From IMG/VR virus record IMGVR_UViG_3300010369_000001: a DNA stretch of 64,000 nt. One strand, given 5' to 3'. Below, in pieces: positions 17,876 through 26,598 of this stretch (position 1 is its first letter; each line of letters starts with the position of its first letter). The notes below the pieces were generated by a model that did not search any database, was not told where the DNA came from, and was given only the letters and a program-made list of their open reading frames with translations. The DNA comes from a virus (Duplodnaviria > Heunggongvirae > Uroviricota > Caudoviricetes). Both the position numbers and the translations under genes were made by a program.

Positions 17876-18277
17876 TTATTTTTTAATGCCCCAAGCATGA
17901 CATAGTTCATGTAACATATCATGCAATTCCCGCTCTCTAATTTCTCGCGTAGATAAACCTTTATTTGCAAGCTTACGCCTAGCTAGATTCTTACTTATGG
18001 CACGCTCAAGACGCCACAACCTTACTGAATTAAGTAAGCTATCATTACTTAATACGACTTTATTATCAATAATTAAATTACGTTCACGCACATATGAGCC
18101 ACCTTCGTGCGCCCCTACAAATATATCAGCGCACTGTAACTTAACTAGGTAGCCGTAATACTGAATTTCATATGTATTTGTAGTTTCTGTTTCATCATAC
18201 TCCCACTGTGCATTCTCTTTTGCTAATCGCATCAACTGTGCGACTATTATTTTTTTAAGATACTTAATTTCACTCAT
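17876..18277 (-). CDS. SprT-like zinc metalloprotease (putative)
   Basis: The C-terminal LHDMLHELCHAW has HExxH in a SprT-like context. The start is moved to the ATG at 18275-18277, which overlaps the upstream stop as ATGA. Confidence 0.4.
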   Translation of the reverse strand: MSEIKYLKKIIVAQLMRLAKENAQWEYDETETTNTYEIQYYGYLVKLQCADIFVGAHEGGSYVRERNLIIDNKVVLSNDSLLNSVRLWRLERAISKNLARRKLANKGLSTREIRERELHDMLHELCHAWGIKK

Positions 18278-18732
18278 TGAAATTCTCCAGATGCGCACAA
18301 GAAAATTACTTCCTGGCATTGATGTATATCAAACATACTTATATGGCATTCTGCTCGTGAAATACTCATCAATCTTGAAAGTTTTTCATAGGCTTGTGAT
18401 CGTGTTAATTTTCCTCTTTTCCATTGTCGATCGAACGCATTATGCGCTGCAACCCTGGCTTGTCTAAGTATTCTATCCGCAAGAGCTACTGGTGTTGTAT
18501 TATTTGGCGGCACTTTAGCTAGTGCGTTACACTTTGGCCAATTTTCACACACAAATAATTGATTACCGTAGGTCTGGCCGTATATTAGCTTATCTTCCAC
18601 AATATTAATGTTCCCGCCGCAGTAAGAACAATTGGCGGGAACTGATACTTTACGACCAAGCAATTCTTCAAATGTTTGATCGTTAATTTCTTCGACTTCA
18701 ATATCGAGCCCTCTAAGTCTTATTCTCGGCAC
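18274..18732 (-). CDS. hypothetical zinc-finger protein (GTG start)
   Basis: CSYCGG...CENWPKC; the track start is GTG at 18730-18732. Confidence 0.45.
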   Translation of the reverse strand: MPRIRLRGLDIEVEEINDQTFEELLGRKVSVPANCSYCGGNINIVEDKLIYGQTYGNQLFVCENWPKCNALAKVPPNNTTPVALADRILRQARVAAHNAFDRQWKRGKLTRSQAYEKLSRLMSISRAECHISMFDIHQCQEVIFLCASGEFQ

Positions 18733-19460
18733 GGTATTCTTAGTATAGAAATTTCATTTTTAGGGCTAGGTATGCCTTCATCTCGATAGCTGTGTACAAT
18801 ATACTGTTGATGTTCTTCATCAAGAATATTCATGCAGCAGGGCATGGCGATTACCCAGTATTCTTTCTTTGCTTTAATATGTTTTAAGCAAGTGCTTAGT
18901 TTAGTATGCGCGTGACAGAGAACCAGAATAGCAACTTCTGGCAAACCGTGTTCATAGCATTCTTTTTCTTGATCAAATTCTTCGATCTTAGCTTCAAGGC
19001 ATCGGAGATTCTCTATTTTGCAAGATATGTGAGTATCCCAAACTTCGATACCTTCCCAGCGACAATACTGCCCAAAGAAATGCCCTCTAGATAAGTGTCC
19101 CCAGCTATTACCTATAACATATTTCTCATACATTAACGGGTCGATACTGAAGACACGATATTTACTTTTCAATGCAAACATTAATCCAGCTCTAGGACTC
19201 ACGCCGTCAGCTATTGCGTAAACATGAACATTTCGATAGATGTTACGTGGAATATCGCTGTGATATTTCCTTAATTCAGGTAATATCCAGTCCATATAGG
19301 CAATATGCATCCCAGCCGCCTCAGCTAGCTCACAGGCATTTGGATATACGCCGGATACTACGAGATCGGCACCCGTGGCTAATCTTAAGACATTATTGAT
19401 ATTTGATACGTATTTAGAAATTTCTTTCTTAGTAGTGGGCGCCTGATGACGAGGATCCAT
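18720..19460 (-). CDS. hypothetical protein
   Basis: 246-aa ORF; no motif I could assign with confidence. Confidence 0.5.
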   Translation of the reverse strand: MDPRHQAPTTKKEISKYVSNINNVLRLATGADLVVSGVYPNACELAEAAGMHIAYMDWILPELRKYHSDIPRNIYRNVHVYAIADGVSPRAGLMFALKSKYRVFSIDPLMYEKYVIGNSWGHLSRGHFFGQYCRWEGIEVWDTHISCKIENLRCLEAKIEEFDQEKECYEHGLPEVAILVLCHAHTKLSTCLKHIKAKKEYWVIAMPCCMNILDEEHQQYIVHSYRDEGIPSPKNEISILRIPCRE

Positions 19461-19473
19461 GTCTTTTCCTTTT

Positions 19474-19782
19474 TTAAGTTTCGCGCTTACCGTGCTTATT
19501 TAACCACATCGCTACAAGTCTTACTGAGTTATTAATACATGTCTCAGCCCAGTTTATCGCCTCTTTAGGTGATTTGAAAAACTTTTCAGTTACGCCCGCA
19601 TAATTCGAGAGTTGAAAAAGCTTAACTCTATAATATTTTTGTTCGCCGTAAGGCGTGTCACAAGTGTGAGGACTGATCCACGCCAAGCAGCTGCTGTCAG
19701 GAGAAGGTAGACTAATACTGTAGTTAGTCACTCCGTCTACCATCTCCTTGACAACTTGAAGTGTTATTTGCGTATTATTCAT
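19474..19782 (-). CDS. hypothetical protein
   Basis: 102-aa ORF. Confidence 0.45.
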   Translation of the reverse strand: MNNTQITLQVVKEMVDGVTNYSISLPSPDSSCLAWISPHTCDTPYGEQKYYRVKLFQLSNYAGVTEKFFKSPKEAINWAETCINNSVRLVAMWLNKHGKRET

Positions 19783-20053
19783 TAAGTTTTTGTTTTAAGA
19801 AGGATGCTACTTCTGCTATATCATATAGCCATTGATCAACCCACTCAGTTGTCTTTGTCGATTGATCTGCGAATGTTATAGTAAACATACCGTTTTTATC
19901 GCCTGAGTGTAGTACAACATTATCGCCGTTATATCGCTGCATAGAAAGAAGGTACCATTGAGCATTAGTTAGTATCATCGCACCATCATTACTATAAGTG
20001 CAAATTTCGTACTGAAATAATTTAAGACCAAACAGTGAGAAATCTTTAACCAT
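19775..20053 (-). CDS. hypothetical protein
   Basis: 92-aa ORF. Confidence 0.45.
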   Translation of the reverse strand: MVKDFSLFGLKLFQYEICTYSNDGAMILTNAQWYLLSMQRYNGDNVVLHSGDKNGMFTITFADQSTKTTEWVDQWLYDIAEVASFLKQKLNE

Positions 20054-20064
20054 CTAAATTCTCC

Positions 20065-20511
20065 TTATTGCAGATCATCTTCCTCATCATCGTCGTCGTA
20101 CGACCAATCTTCCTCATCATCCCAATCTTCCTCATCATCGTCGTCGTACGACCAATCTTCCTCATCATCATCATCATCGTCGTCGTACGACCAATCTTCC
20201 TCATCATCATCGTCCTCCTCAAGGACTTCTTTGATAATTAGATCAATGTCCGGGGACAGATCAACAGATTGAAGGTTACTTACAGCTTCCCTTCGACGAG
20301 CATATTCAGCTTTAGTGTCTTCAAGATATTTGGGATCAAAATCAGGATGTTCTTCATTGGCGTAGCGATCAGCTGTTTCGATCTTAGTTATATGACACAT
20401 AGCTTCTTCAATTACAGCCTCACGATCCCAATATAATTTGAACCGCTCATCATTTACAATACCTTTATCAATAGTAAAAACTGTATAGCCCGCGCTACTC
20501 CAATTACTCAT
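20065..20511 (-). CDS. hypothetical protein with C-terminal acidic tandem repeats (EEDWSYDDDD)n
   Basis: The track ORF 20065..20721 overlaps 20504..20923 extensively. The ATG at 20509-20511 (MSNWSSAGY...) avoids the overlap. C-terminus: EEDDDDEEDWSYDDDDDDDEEDWSYDDDDEEDWDDEEDWSYDDDDEEDD. Confidence 0.5.
   Translation of the reverse strand: MSNWSSAGYTVFTIDKGIVNDERFKLYWDREAVIEEAMCHITKIETADRYANEEHPDFDPKYLEDTKAEYARRREAVSNLQSVDLSPDIDLIIKEVLEEDDDDEEDWSYDDDDDDDEEDWSYDDDDEEDWDDEEDWSYDDDDEEDDLQ
20077..20215. repeat. intragenic tandem repeat (three imperfect copies of a ~30-bp core CGTCGTCGTACGACCAATCTTCCTCATCAT, period 39-48 bp)
   Basis: Core copies at 20091-20120, 20139-20168 and 20178-20207; they encode the acidic EEDWSYDDDD repeats. 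Confidence 0.6.
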
Positions 20512-20923
20512 TGGTCTCTTCCTCTCTCCAGTTGTAGTACATTTCATCACTCCAGTAATATGTTGAAAATCCAACCATATAATGTTTAATTCGTTCAAAA
20601 AGCCAAGCTTTCGCCTCCCTATTGGTCTTGAAGCTAGCTGATTGCTCTCCCGCGCGAGAATCACACTCACTATTAATATATTCAAAAGTAACGTACCACA
20701 CTTGGTCAGTCGGCACATCACCTGCTATATCATGATAACTAATACTACCTAATGATAGGTTAAATGGGCCTACGAGATCCCATGTAGGGCGTATATCTCT
20801 CATGGATTCTCTATATTCAAAGGCCAAGGGGAATTCAAGCTTTGTTATCAACATTTGCAATTTCCTTTTGTACGAGTTCGCGCCAATCTTTAACGCTCTC
20901 ACCATATCTAAAACCACAGCCAC
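20504..20923 (-). CDS. hypothetical protein
   Basis: 139-aa ORF; its start overlaps the 3' end of the polymerase gene. Confidence 0.45.
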   Translation of the reverse strand: MAVVLDMVRALKIGANSYKRKLQMLITKLEFPLAFEYRESMRDIRPTWDLVGPFNLSLGSISYHDIAGDVPTDQVWYVTFEYINSECDSRAGEQSASFKTNREAKAWLFERIKHYMVGFSTYYWSDEMYYNWREEETNE

Positions 20924-23900
20924 TATCTGTTCCCAGAAAATATGGGCCGCGAGATAAATCTAGCTCTCCAGTTAAACTTCTAGGCCAAACTGGAATATCT
21001 TCAACCATGCACTTAGGTATGACGTTATCTATAACTTCTTCAACGTGCTGGTAGGGAACTTCCAGCAGGATTTCATCATGGACTTGTAAATTGATGTTGT
21101 ACCAAATTTTATTTGCACCACGATAATAGTATAAATTAGTCAAACACTGCCTCACATATTCTGCAACGAAATTTTGCATTGGAAAATTCTTAAATACTCG
21201 TTCAAGATCAGCCATCTTATCGGCCGGCAAATATTCATGTTTAGGAATTCTCCTGTATCTTCCTGCTACGCCTACGATATAGCCAGTATTGAGAACCGCA
21301 TTAGCTGCATCTTGAAGAAACTCCATAGCTTTAGGATAGGTTTTCTTGACAGTATTCATAACTTGTTTAACTTCGTCTACCGTTACAAAGCATTTCTCTT
21401 CTTTAACGGCTTCAGCAATTGCTGCAGCTCCTCGCCCGTACATCAACCCAAAAATAATTGATTTAGCTACAATCCTAAGATGCTTCATCCCTACAGCCTC
21501 TAATCCAGCTTTAGTGGGGTCGCAGTCCAAGTGGAAAGCAGCGCAGCATAGTGCAGAATGGATGTCATAGAAATCGGGATCATCTTCGGGCAGTAAGTTA
21601 CGCTGGACGTGAGCTAACATCTGATTGTCGTCGGCCAAAATGGCGCAAGCCGCTAGCTCGGCCCCCTTAATGTCTGACCAAACCAGCATATGTCCCGGTG
21701 ATGCTCTCAGAATAGTCCTGAGCGGAGCGATATAGGCATCTCCCACAATGGCTTTATAGTCAGCCTCTCTCCGTTTACTAATATTCTGCAGCGCAGGACG
21801 GGCTGAGGCGGCTCTACCAGTATCAAGGGTTTGGTACAAGTGAGTTCGTAATTTCCCGTCGTCACAAATATAGGCTGCGAGTCCTTGTTCTGTGGCGTTT
21901 CCTTCATCGTCCACATCAGCTTCTTTGAGAACATAGCTAAGTACCTTTCTAAGTAATTTATAACTACGAATATTTGCTAACAACTGACTTATGAACTTAT
22001 CGGACGGCTTTTTAGACGCCTCAAATTTAACTTCATATTGATGAGATAGCATCGCAATAGAGCGAGAATCACAAGCTGGTACAGCTAAATCGCCGTCCTC
22101 TTTGACCGCTTTCTCCCAAGGCATTCCTTTTTGAGTGGAATACAGCGGAGTTAAATTTAAAGCTAACGCACCTACTGGCCTTAGCTGCCCTCCTTGTTTA
22201 GCAAAATTATATTTTTCACCAAACAATAATTCTCGTAACTGAAATGCTGAATTGAGGTTAAGTGTGCCCCACTTAGTATCTCGCTTGATCTTAGCTAGTA
22301 TTTTCTCGCATTTATCCGAATAAAGAGATGCCAGATCATTCATCCTTGCCCTATCAACAACGAGACCGGTACAGTTCATCTCCAAGAACACAGGCCATTG
22401 TTGCATTGAATTAGTAAAAGGAATCCAGCAGTCTAGACCATAGGGATCACAACTAAGGTTCTCCATATAGAATAAAGCTAACCTGCGGGTGACATCGGCA
22501 TCATAACAAGCATATGGGATCAAAATATGATCAGGACACTGTGCATACCCAGGCAATTCTTTTCTTTTAATTCCTTGTTTCTTACAATAGGCAGTTGCCC
22601 ACTCATCCATTGGTACATCATACCTGGGCACTGTTGGGCATCTTAACATAAACTGACCAGTGAGAGAATGATCATCAGTTTCGTTATAGGCATGAGCCGC
22701 CATTGCCGTATCAAACAAACAAGGCTTACCGGCAGCTATCGTAGCCTTATATTCTTCAGCAGTAGTTGGAATTGGAGGCAATGTCCAAATATTCGGAATA
22801 AAACCATTGTAAGCTAGCGTCTCAATGTCAGAATCAAGGAAATGACCGCAAACAATATAATTCATCCATAGCCAGTAGAAATTACTTTTAACTTCAGCTA
22901 AGTCTTTATCGCTAAAGCCTTTAGAGTAATCATAAAGAATTTCACCTTTTTCTTCTAAGCTTTTAGCTAGCTTATTGAAATGACTATTAGCTGCTACTCC
23001 GCCAATAGTTTCTTCCTCGGGCATAGGATACATCCTGGCAAAGTTTTCACCTAGCTCACTTTTAAGGACTATCGTAGCTGCCGTCTTATGCTTCCAGCTA
23101 ATTTGAATAGTTCTTAATTGCGCATTGTCGTTTTGAGGATGTTGTCCGCTCCATTCACCGTCTATTGCAATTATTTTGTCGGTACATTCAGTCATGATAC
23201 GGCTCATTAATTCACGCCATTCTTGAATGTTATGTACGGCAATATGTTCTATATCGTCAGTAACTGTAATACCTTGTATGGTGTTCGCGAAGAGTCCGAA
23301 AGCTGACTTGTATTTAGCCTCCTCTTCTGAGTCACTTGATCGAATTACTGCGTGCGGTGAAGTGCATGCAACACATTTAGCTGTTTTTTCGTTTCCGTTG
23401 AAGTCGACATATGTGTAGTCTAATACGGAGCCAGTAAGTTCGGTAATTTTAGCTTTATGCCCAAATACGGCTTTAACAGCTTCAGCACCAAACAAAAGTA
23501 TGTAGGAAGGTGCAACTTGTTGTATTTCATATTGCAGGATTGGGAACGATTCAGCTAACCAGCCAGCTTTTAATCTAGAGCCCTTATTTGCGTCTTCTGG
23601 GTGTAGACATTTGAACAAATAAGTAACATACCAGCTAGATGGGTCAACTCCATAGGCTTTAGAGGTGTCCAAGAAGAATTGTCCGGCTTTACTTCCGGTA
23701 TTAAACACACTTGGTATAAAGTGAGGGTCTTCAATGTCCTCTACATCAGCTGGTCGTGGCATTTTACCGACTATCATAATTGGAGCGGGTTGTGGGCCTT
23801 TGTTAACTGGCTGGCTATATATGTGTCCGCCACAAATGGGTACATTACTAAATACTTCACCTTTAGCGTCAATTTGCCAAGGCAGGCTTTCAACTGATCC

Positions 23901-24044
23901 GTCAAGTATAGCATCGAGACATTCCTGCTCACTAGCATAATTAGGAAGTATATAAGCAGCCAGTCGGGGCCCGAGAATTCGGGCCGCGATTGGTTCTTTA
24001 GCTTCTACGGTTTCATATAAACCGCATTCAAATTCGTCAGCCAT
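20835..24044 (-). CDS. family A DNA polymerase (Pol I/T7-like) with 3'-5' exonuclease domain and N-terminal uracil-DNA-glycosylase-like (family 4-like) domain
   Basis: Pol A motif A LVWSDIKGAELAA (DYSQIELR-like), motif B RIVAKSIIFGLMYGRG (R..K..NFG..YG) and motif C LQVHDEILLEV; Exo I IIAIDGEW. The N-terminal region (aa ~85-235) reads APIMIVGKMPRP...GSKAGQFFLD...YVTYLFKC...SPH, which resembles family-4 UDG blocks. Confidence 0.85.
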   Translation of the reverse strand: MADEFECGLYETVEAKEPIAARILGPRLAAYILPNYASEQECLDAILDGSVESLPWQIDAKGEVFSNVPICGGHIYSQPVNKGPQPAPIMIVGKMPRPADVEDIEDPHFIPSVFNTGSKAGQFFLDTSKAYGVDPSSWYVTYLFKCLHPEDANKGSRLKAGWLAESFPILQYEIQQVAPSYILLFGAEAVKAVFGHKAKITELTGSVLDYTYVDFNGNEKTAKCVACTSPHAVIRSSDSEEEAKYKSAFGLFANTIQGITVTDDIEHIAVHNIQEWRELMSRIMTECTDKIIAIDGEWSGQHPQNDNAQLRTIQISWKHKTAATIVLKSELGENFARMYPMPEEETIGGVAANSHFNKLAKSLEEKGEILYDYSKGFSDKDLAEVKSNFYWLWMNYIVCGHFLDSDIETLAYNGFIPNIWTLPPIPTTAEEYKATIAAGKPCLFDTAMAAHAYNETDDHSLTGQFMLRCPTVPRYDVPMDEWATAYCKKQGIKRKELPGYAQCPDHILIPYACYDADVTRRLALFYMENLSCDPYGLDCWIPFTNSMQQWPVFLEMNCTGLVVDRARMNDLASLYSDKCEKILAKIKRDTKWGTLNLNSAFQLRELLFGEKYNFAKQGGQLRPVGALALNLTPLYSTQKGMPWEKAVKEDGDLAVPACDSRSIAMLSHQYEVKFEASKKPSDKFISQLLANIRSYKLLRKVLSYVLKEADVDDEGNATEQGLAAYICDDGKLRTHLYQTLDTGRAASARPALQNISKRREADYKAIVGDAYIAPLRTILRASPGHMLVWSDIKGAELAACAILADDNQMLAHVQRNLLPEDDPDFYDIHSALCCAAFHLDCDPTKAGLEAVGMKHLRIVAKSIIFGLMYGRGAAAIAEAVKEEKCFVTVDEVKQVMNTVKKTYPKAMEFLQDAANAVLNTGYIVGVAGRYRRIPKHEYLPADKMADLERVFKNFPMQNFVAEYVRQCLTNLYYYRGANKIWYNINLQVHDEILLEVPYQHVEEVIDNVIPKCMVEDIPVWPRSLTGELDLSRGPYFLGTDSGCGFRYGESVKDWRELVQKEIANVDNKA

Positions 24045-24051
24045 TATTTAT

Positions 24052-24897
24052 TTATTTATTGCGTTTCCAAGCTGACCCGTCTCTCTTTCTGCCATTATGC
24101 GTACAACCCATACGAACAAGCCCATGATAAATCTGGGAGTAAGTGAAACCTTCAGCCATACCATCCGCATAAATTTGTTGCGAGAAAACCCATGTACCGA
24201 TCGGCATATAGTCCTCTAAATGAGCGTCAACTTCAGCAGCTTTGTTCTCTTTAGGAGTTGCAGCTTTAAACTTACCATAAGTAGGCACACCAACATGCTT
24301 ATTGTTGGTAATAACTTGATCAATCGTCCAATTACTATGATCCTCCTGACGACGAGCGAAATCTCGATAACGAGCTGCTTTATGGCGATCTTGGAGGGTA
24401 TATTCGCCAGCGCAAGTAACTGTGTTAACATTCCAAAATGTCATAAGGTCTTCGCTATTAGCCGGTGCCTCAATGTCGTACACCTTGCAAAGTTCATGAG
24501 TGACATCGGTCAGTGAACGAATCTCGTCATTATAATTAACCCAGCGTTCATCTTCAAAATATACGCATGCGTCAGCGTTTTCACAGAACGACAACCAATC
24601 GGTCTCCATATCGAATTCATACCAGTGCCACGTGCGGATAGAGTAGCTAGGAGCATTCTTAGTAAGAAGTGCGGTATCAATATACTGTGTGGCAATTGCG
24701 TTCAAACGCTCTTGCAGCGCGTCGGTATTTCCACATACAGCGATATTATCTAAAGCTGCGCACGAATCGACGCCGCCGCTCTTATCAAAACCTCTATCAT
24801 AGGCCTCGTTAACAATCAGCACGGCGGCGTCCTGTAATCCCTTCAAAAGTTCAGCTCTAATATTGTTATAATCTACTCTGGAAATGTTGTTAGTCAT
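24052..24897 (-). CDS. hypothetical protein
   Basis: 281-aa ORF. Confidence 0.5.
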   Translation of the reverse strand: MTNNISRVDYNNIRAELLKGLQDAAVLIVNEAYDRGFDKSGGVDSCAALDNIAVCGNTDALQERLNAIATQYIDTALLTKNAPSYSIRTWHWYEFDMETDWLSFCENADACVYFEDERWVNYNDEIRSLTDVTHELCKVYDIEAPANSEDLMTFWNVNTVTCAGEYTLQDRHKAARYRDFARRQEDHSNWTIDQVITNNKHVGVPTYGKFKAATPKENKAAEVDAHLEDYMPIGTWVFSQQIYADGMAEGFTYSQIYHGLVRMGCTHNGRKRDGSAWKRNK

Positions 24898-24911
24898 GTG
24901 ACTTTATGTTG

Positions 24912-25334
24912 TTAGATTAACTGTTTCTTATTAAATGCCGCATTGGCGTCTTTACATATTTGGGATTTTCCATCAACATAGAATATTCGATATTGTTTAC
25001 CAGAATCAGGATGTATGACATCCAGTTGAAATAATAGTGTTTTTAACGTATATGAAAGCCTAATACAATCAGCGTGGTAAGTAAACCAGCGAGAAGTTGT
25101 TCTCGTTCGATCGATTACCTTACTCCGTGGATCCTGCTTTTCGCGCGCCTCAGCGACATCATCATTTAGGTCAAATTCGGGATGGGCATAAAAAGCATAT
25201 TCCGGGAAAACACCGTGCTCACCGTCATGCCCAAGCGCTCTCCAAATATATTTAAGATTTTCTTCAATTTCCGCTTTGGATTCTTTTTTACTTAAGGGGG
25301 CCAAAGTCAAGGTTACTGTTTCCTTTAATTCCAT
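24912..25334 (-). CDS. hypothetical protein
   Basis: 140-aa ORF. Confidence 0.5.
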   Translation of the reverse strand: MELKETVTLTLAPLSKKESKAEIEENLKYIWRALGHDGEHGVFPEYAFYAHPEFDLNDDVAEAREKQDPRSKVIDRTRTTSRWFTYHADCIRLSYTLKTLLFQLDVIHPDSGKQYRIFYVDGKSQICKDANAAFNKKQLI

Positions 25335-25908
25335 TTCTTCTTTTCAATTCACTAATCGTAACATAAAGCCCGCTTAAGGCTTTTTGATAATACTCAAGTT
25401 CAAGTTCAGTAAGTTCAGATTTTTCCATAAGGCGCATATAGGTGCAAGCAACTTCCGGCAGAATAGAAATAGTGGCGGCAATATGCTCTAGCTTAGTAGT
25501 AGCTACTTCTTTTCCTTCACTATCTGTTATCACATAATCATTTTGTATTTTTTCAACTACCCAAGGCCCTCTAAGCTCGACAAATGACTGTCGCATCCAT
25601 TTGTCAAATGCTTTATTACTTTCATCTGGCTTAGTTTTGGCCTTAGCGGGGTCGTTATAAATCTTCTGTGAAGGCTCAGTCTTCGACGATGTTGCATCGA
25701 CAGTCTTGTCCGTCGCAGCCACAGGTTCTCTTCTTGGTCTTCCTCTTTTTCTTTGAGTTACAGAAGCAGTGGGGAGGGATGCAGGTTCCGTATTTATCCG
25801 TGCAGCTATGCGCGCTGCGGCAGCTTTCTTTTTCTCCTCGAAGCTCATCCGAGGTCTTCCTCGTTTCCTTTTTTTCATTTCCGTGATCCTTTCGACCATC
25901 GTAACCAT
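25288..25908 (-). CDS. AT-hook DNA-binding protein (two KRGRPR motifs)
   Basis: KRKRGRPRM and RKRGRPRRE; ATG at 25906-25908 directly preceded by an in-frame TAA. It overlaps the alternative-frame ORF 25676..26044. Confidence 0.5.
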   Translation of the reverse strand: MVTMVERITEMKKRKRGRPRMSFEEKKKAAAARIAARINTEPASLPTASVTQRKRGRPRREPVAATDKTVDATSSKTEPSQKIYNDPAKAKTKPDESNKAFDKWMRQSFVELRGPWVVEKIQNDYVITDSEGKEVATTKLEHIAATISILPEVACTYMRLMEKSELTELELEYYQKALSGLYVTISELKRRNGIKGNSNLDFGPLK

Positions 25909-26040
25909 TTACTTCACTTAGCTTAGTAATTGCTTCATAAGCTGACTGCATATAATCTCTGATAATTGCACGAGCTTGGTGTATGCCGGAATCAAATCCG
26001 GCTTGATACCCTCGCTTCCATTTATCAAGGTCTTCATCGC

Positions 26041-26598
26041 TCATTTATTTAATGGTGTTCTTTCTATTTCTGACATAAAATCTTTAAATGCCTCAAAGAG
26101 CCTAGCTTCATTCGGGGATAATTCATCTGGCAATTTAGCCTCTGCAAGAATAGGGCGGGTTTTTTGCTTAGCTAAATTCATGAAGTCTACGAAATCCATA
26201 GCATCTTTATCTTGCTTAGGTCTATATTCTTCAATATTAATACACGTAACTTCAATGTTATCAGGGGCATACATCACATACGTTGCATTATCAAGATTGA
26301 GTGTGATAATGTCCGTATCAGGGTTAAGCGACGGATAATCACTAATTGACTGAGAGAAACACGTATTAATCCCGCTATGTGCTAGGCGATAACCAGAAAC
26401 TAACCAATTAGGTTTAGTAGGCCAGTACTGAGTATTTTCGGTATAATCGACCTCAATTAATCTATACCCGGCTGGCACATAATCCGCCCAAAGACTATTA
26501 TTTTGAAAAACCAGTACAACGTCCGTTCTGGGGTCATAATTAGTCGTTATCTGAATCGTTTCCGTCAATCTCCGCGCTGCTTTCGTTGGCATCGTCAT
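26041..26598 (-). CDS. hypothetical protein
   Basis: 185-aa ORF. Confidence 0.5.
   Translation of the reverse strand: MTMPTKAARRLTETIQITTNYDPRTDVVLVFQNNSLWADYVPAGYRLIEVDYTENTQYWPTKPNWLVSGYRLAHSGINTCFSQSISDYPSLNPDTDIITLNLDNATYVMYAPDNIEVTCINIEEYRPKQDKDAMDFVDFMNLAKQKTRPILAEAKLPDELSPNEARLFEAFKDFMSEIERTPLNK

Noticed and set aside
25676-26044. 122-aa ORF as an independent Cys-rich protein
   Set aside because: Its last 78 codons lie in the alternative frame of the AT-hook gene through purine-rich DNA. I kept it as an open question in the findings rather than as a confident feature.
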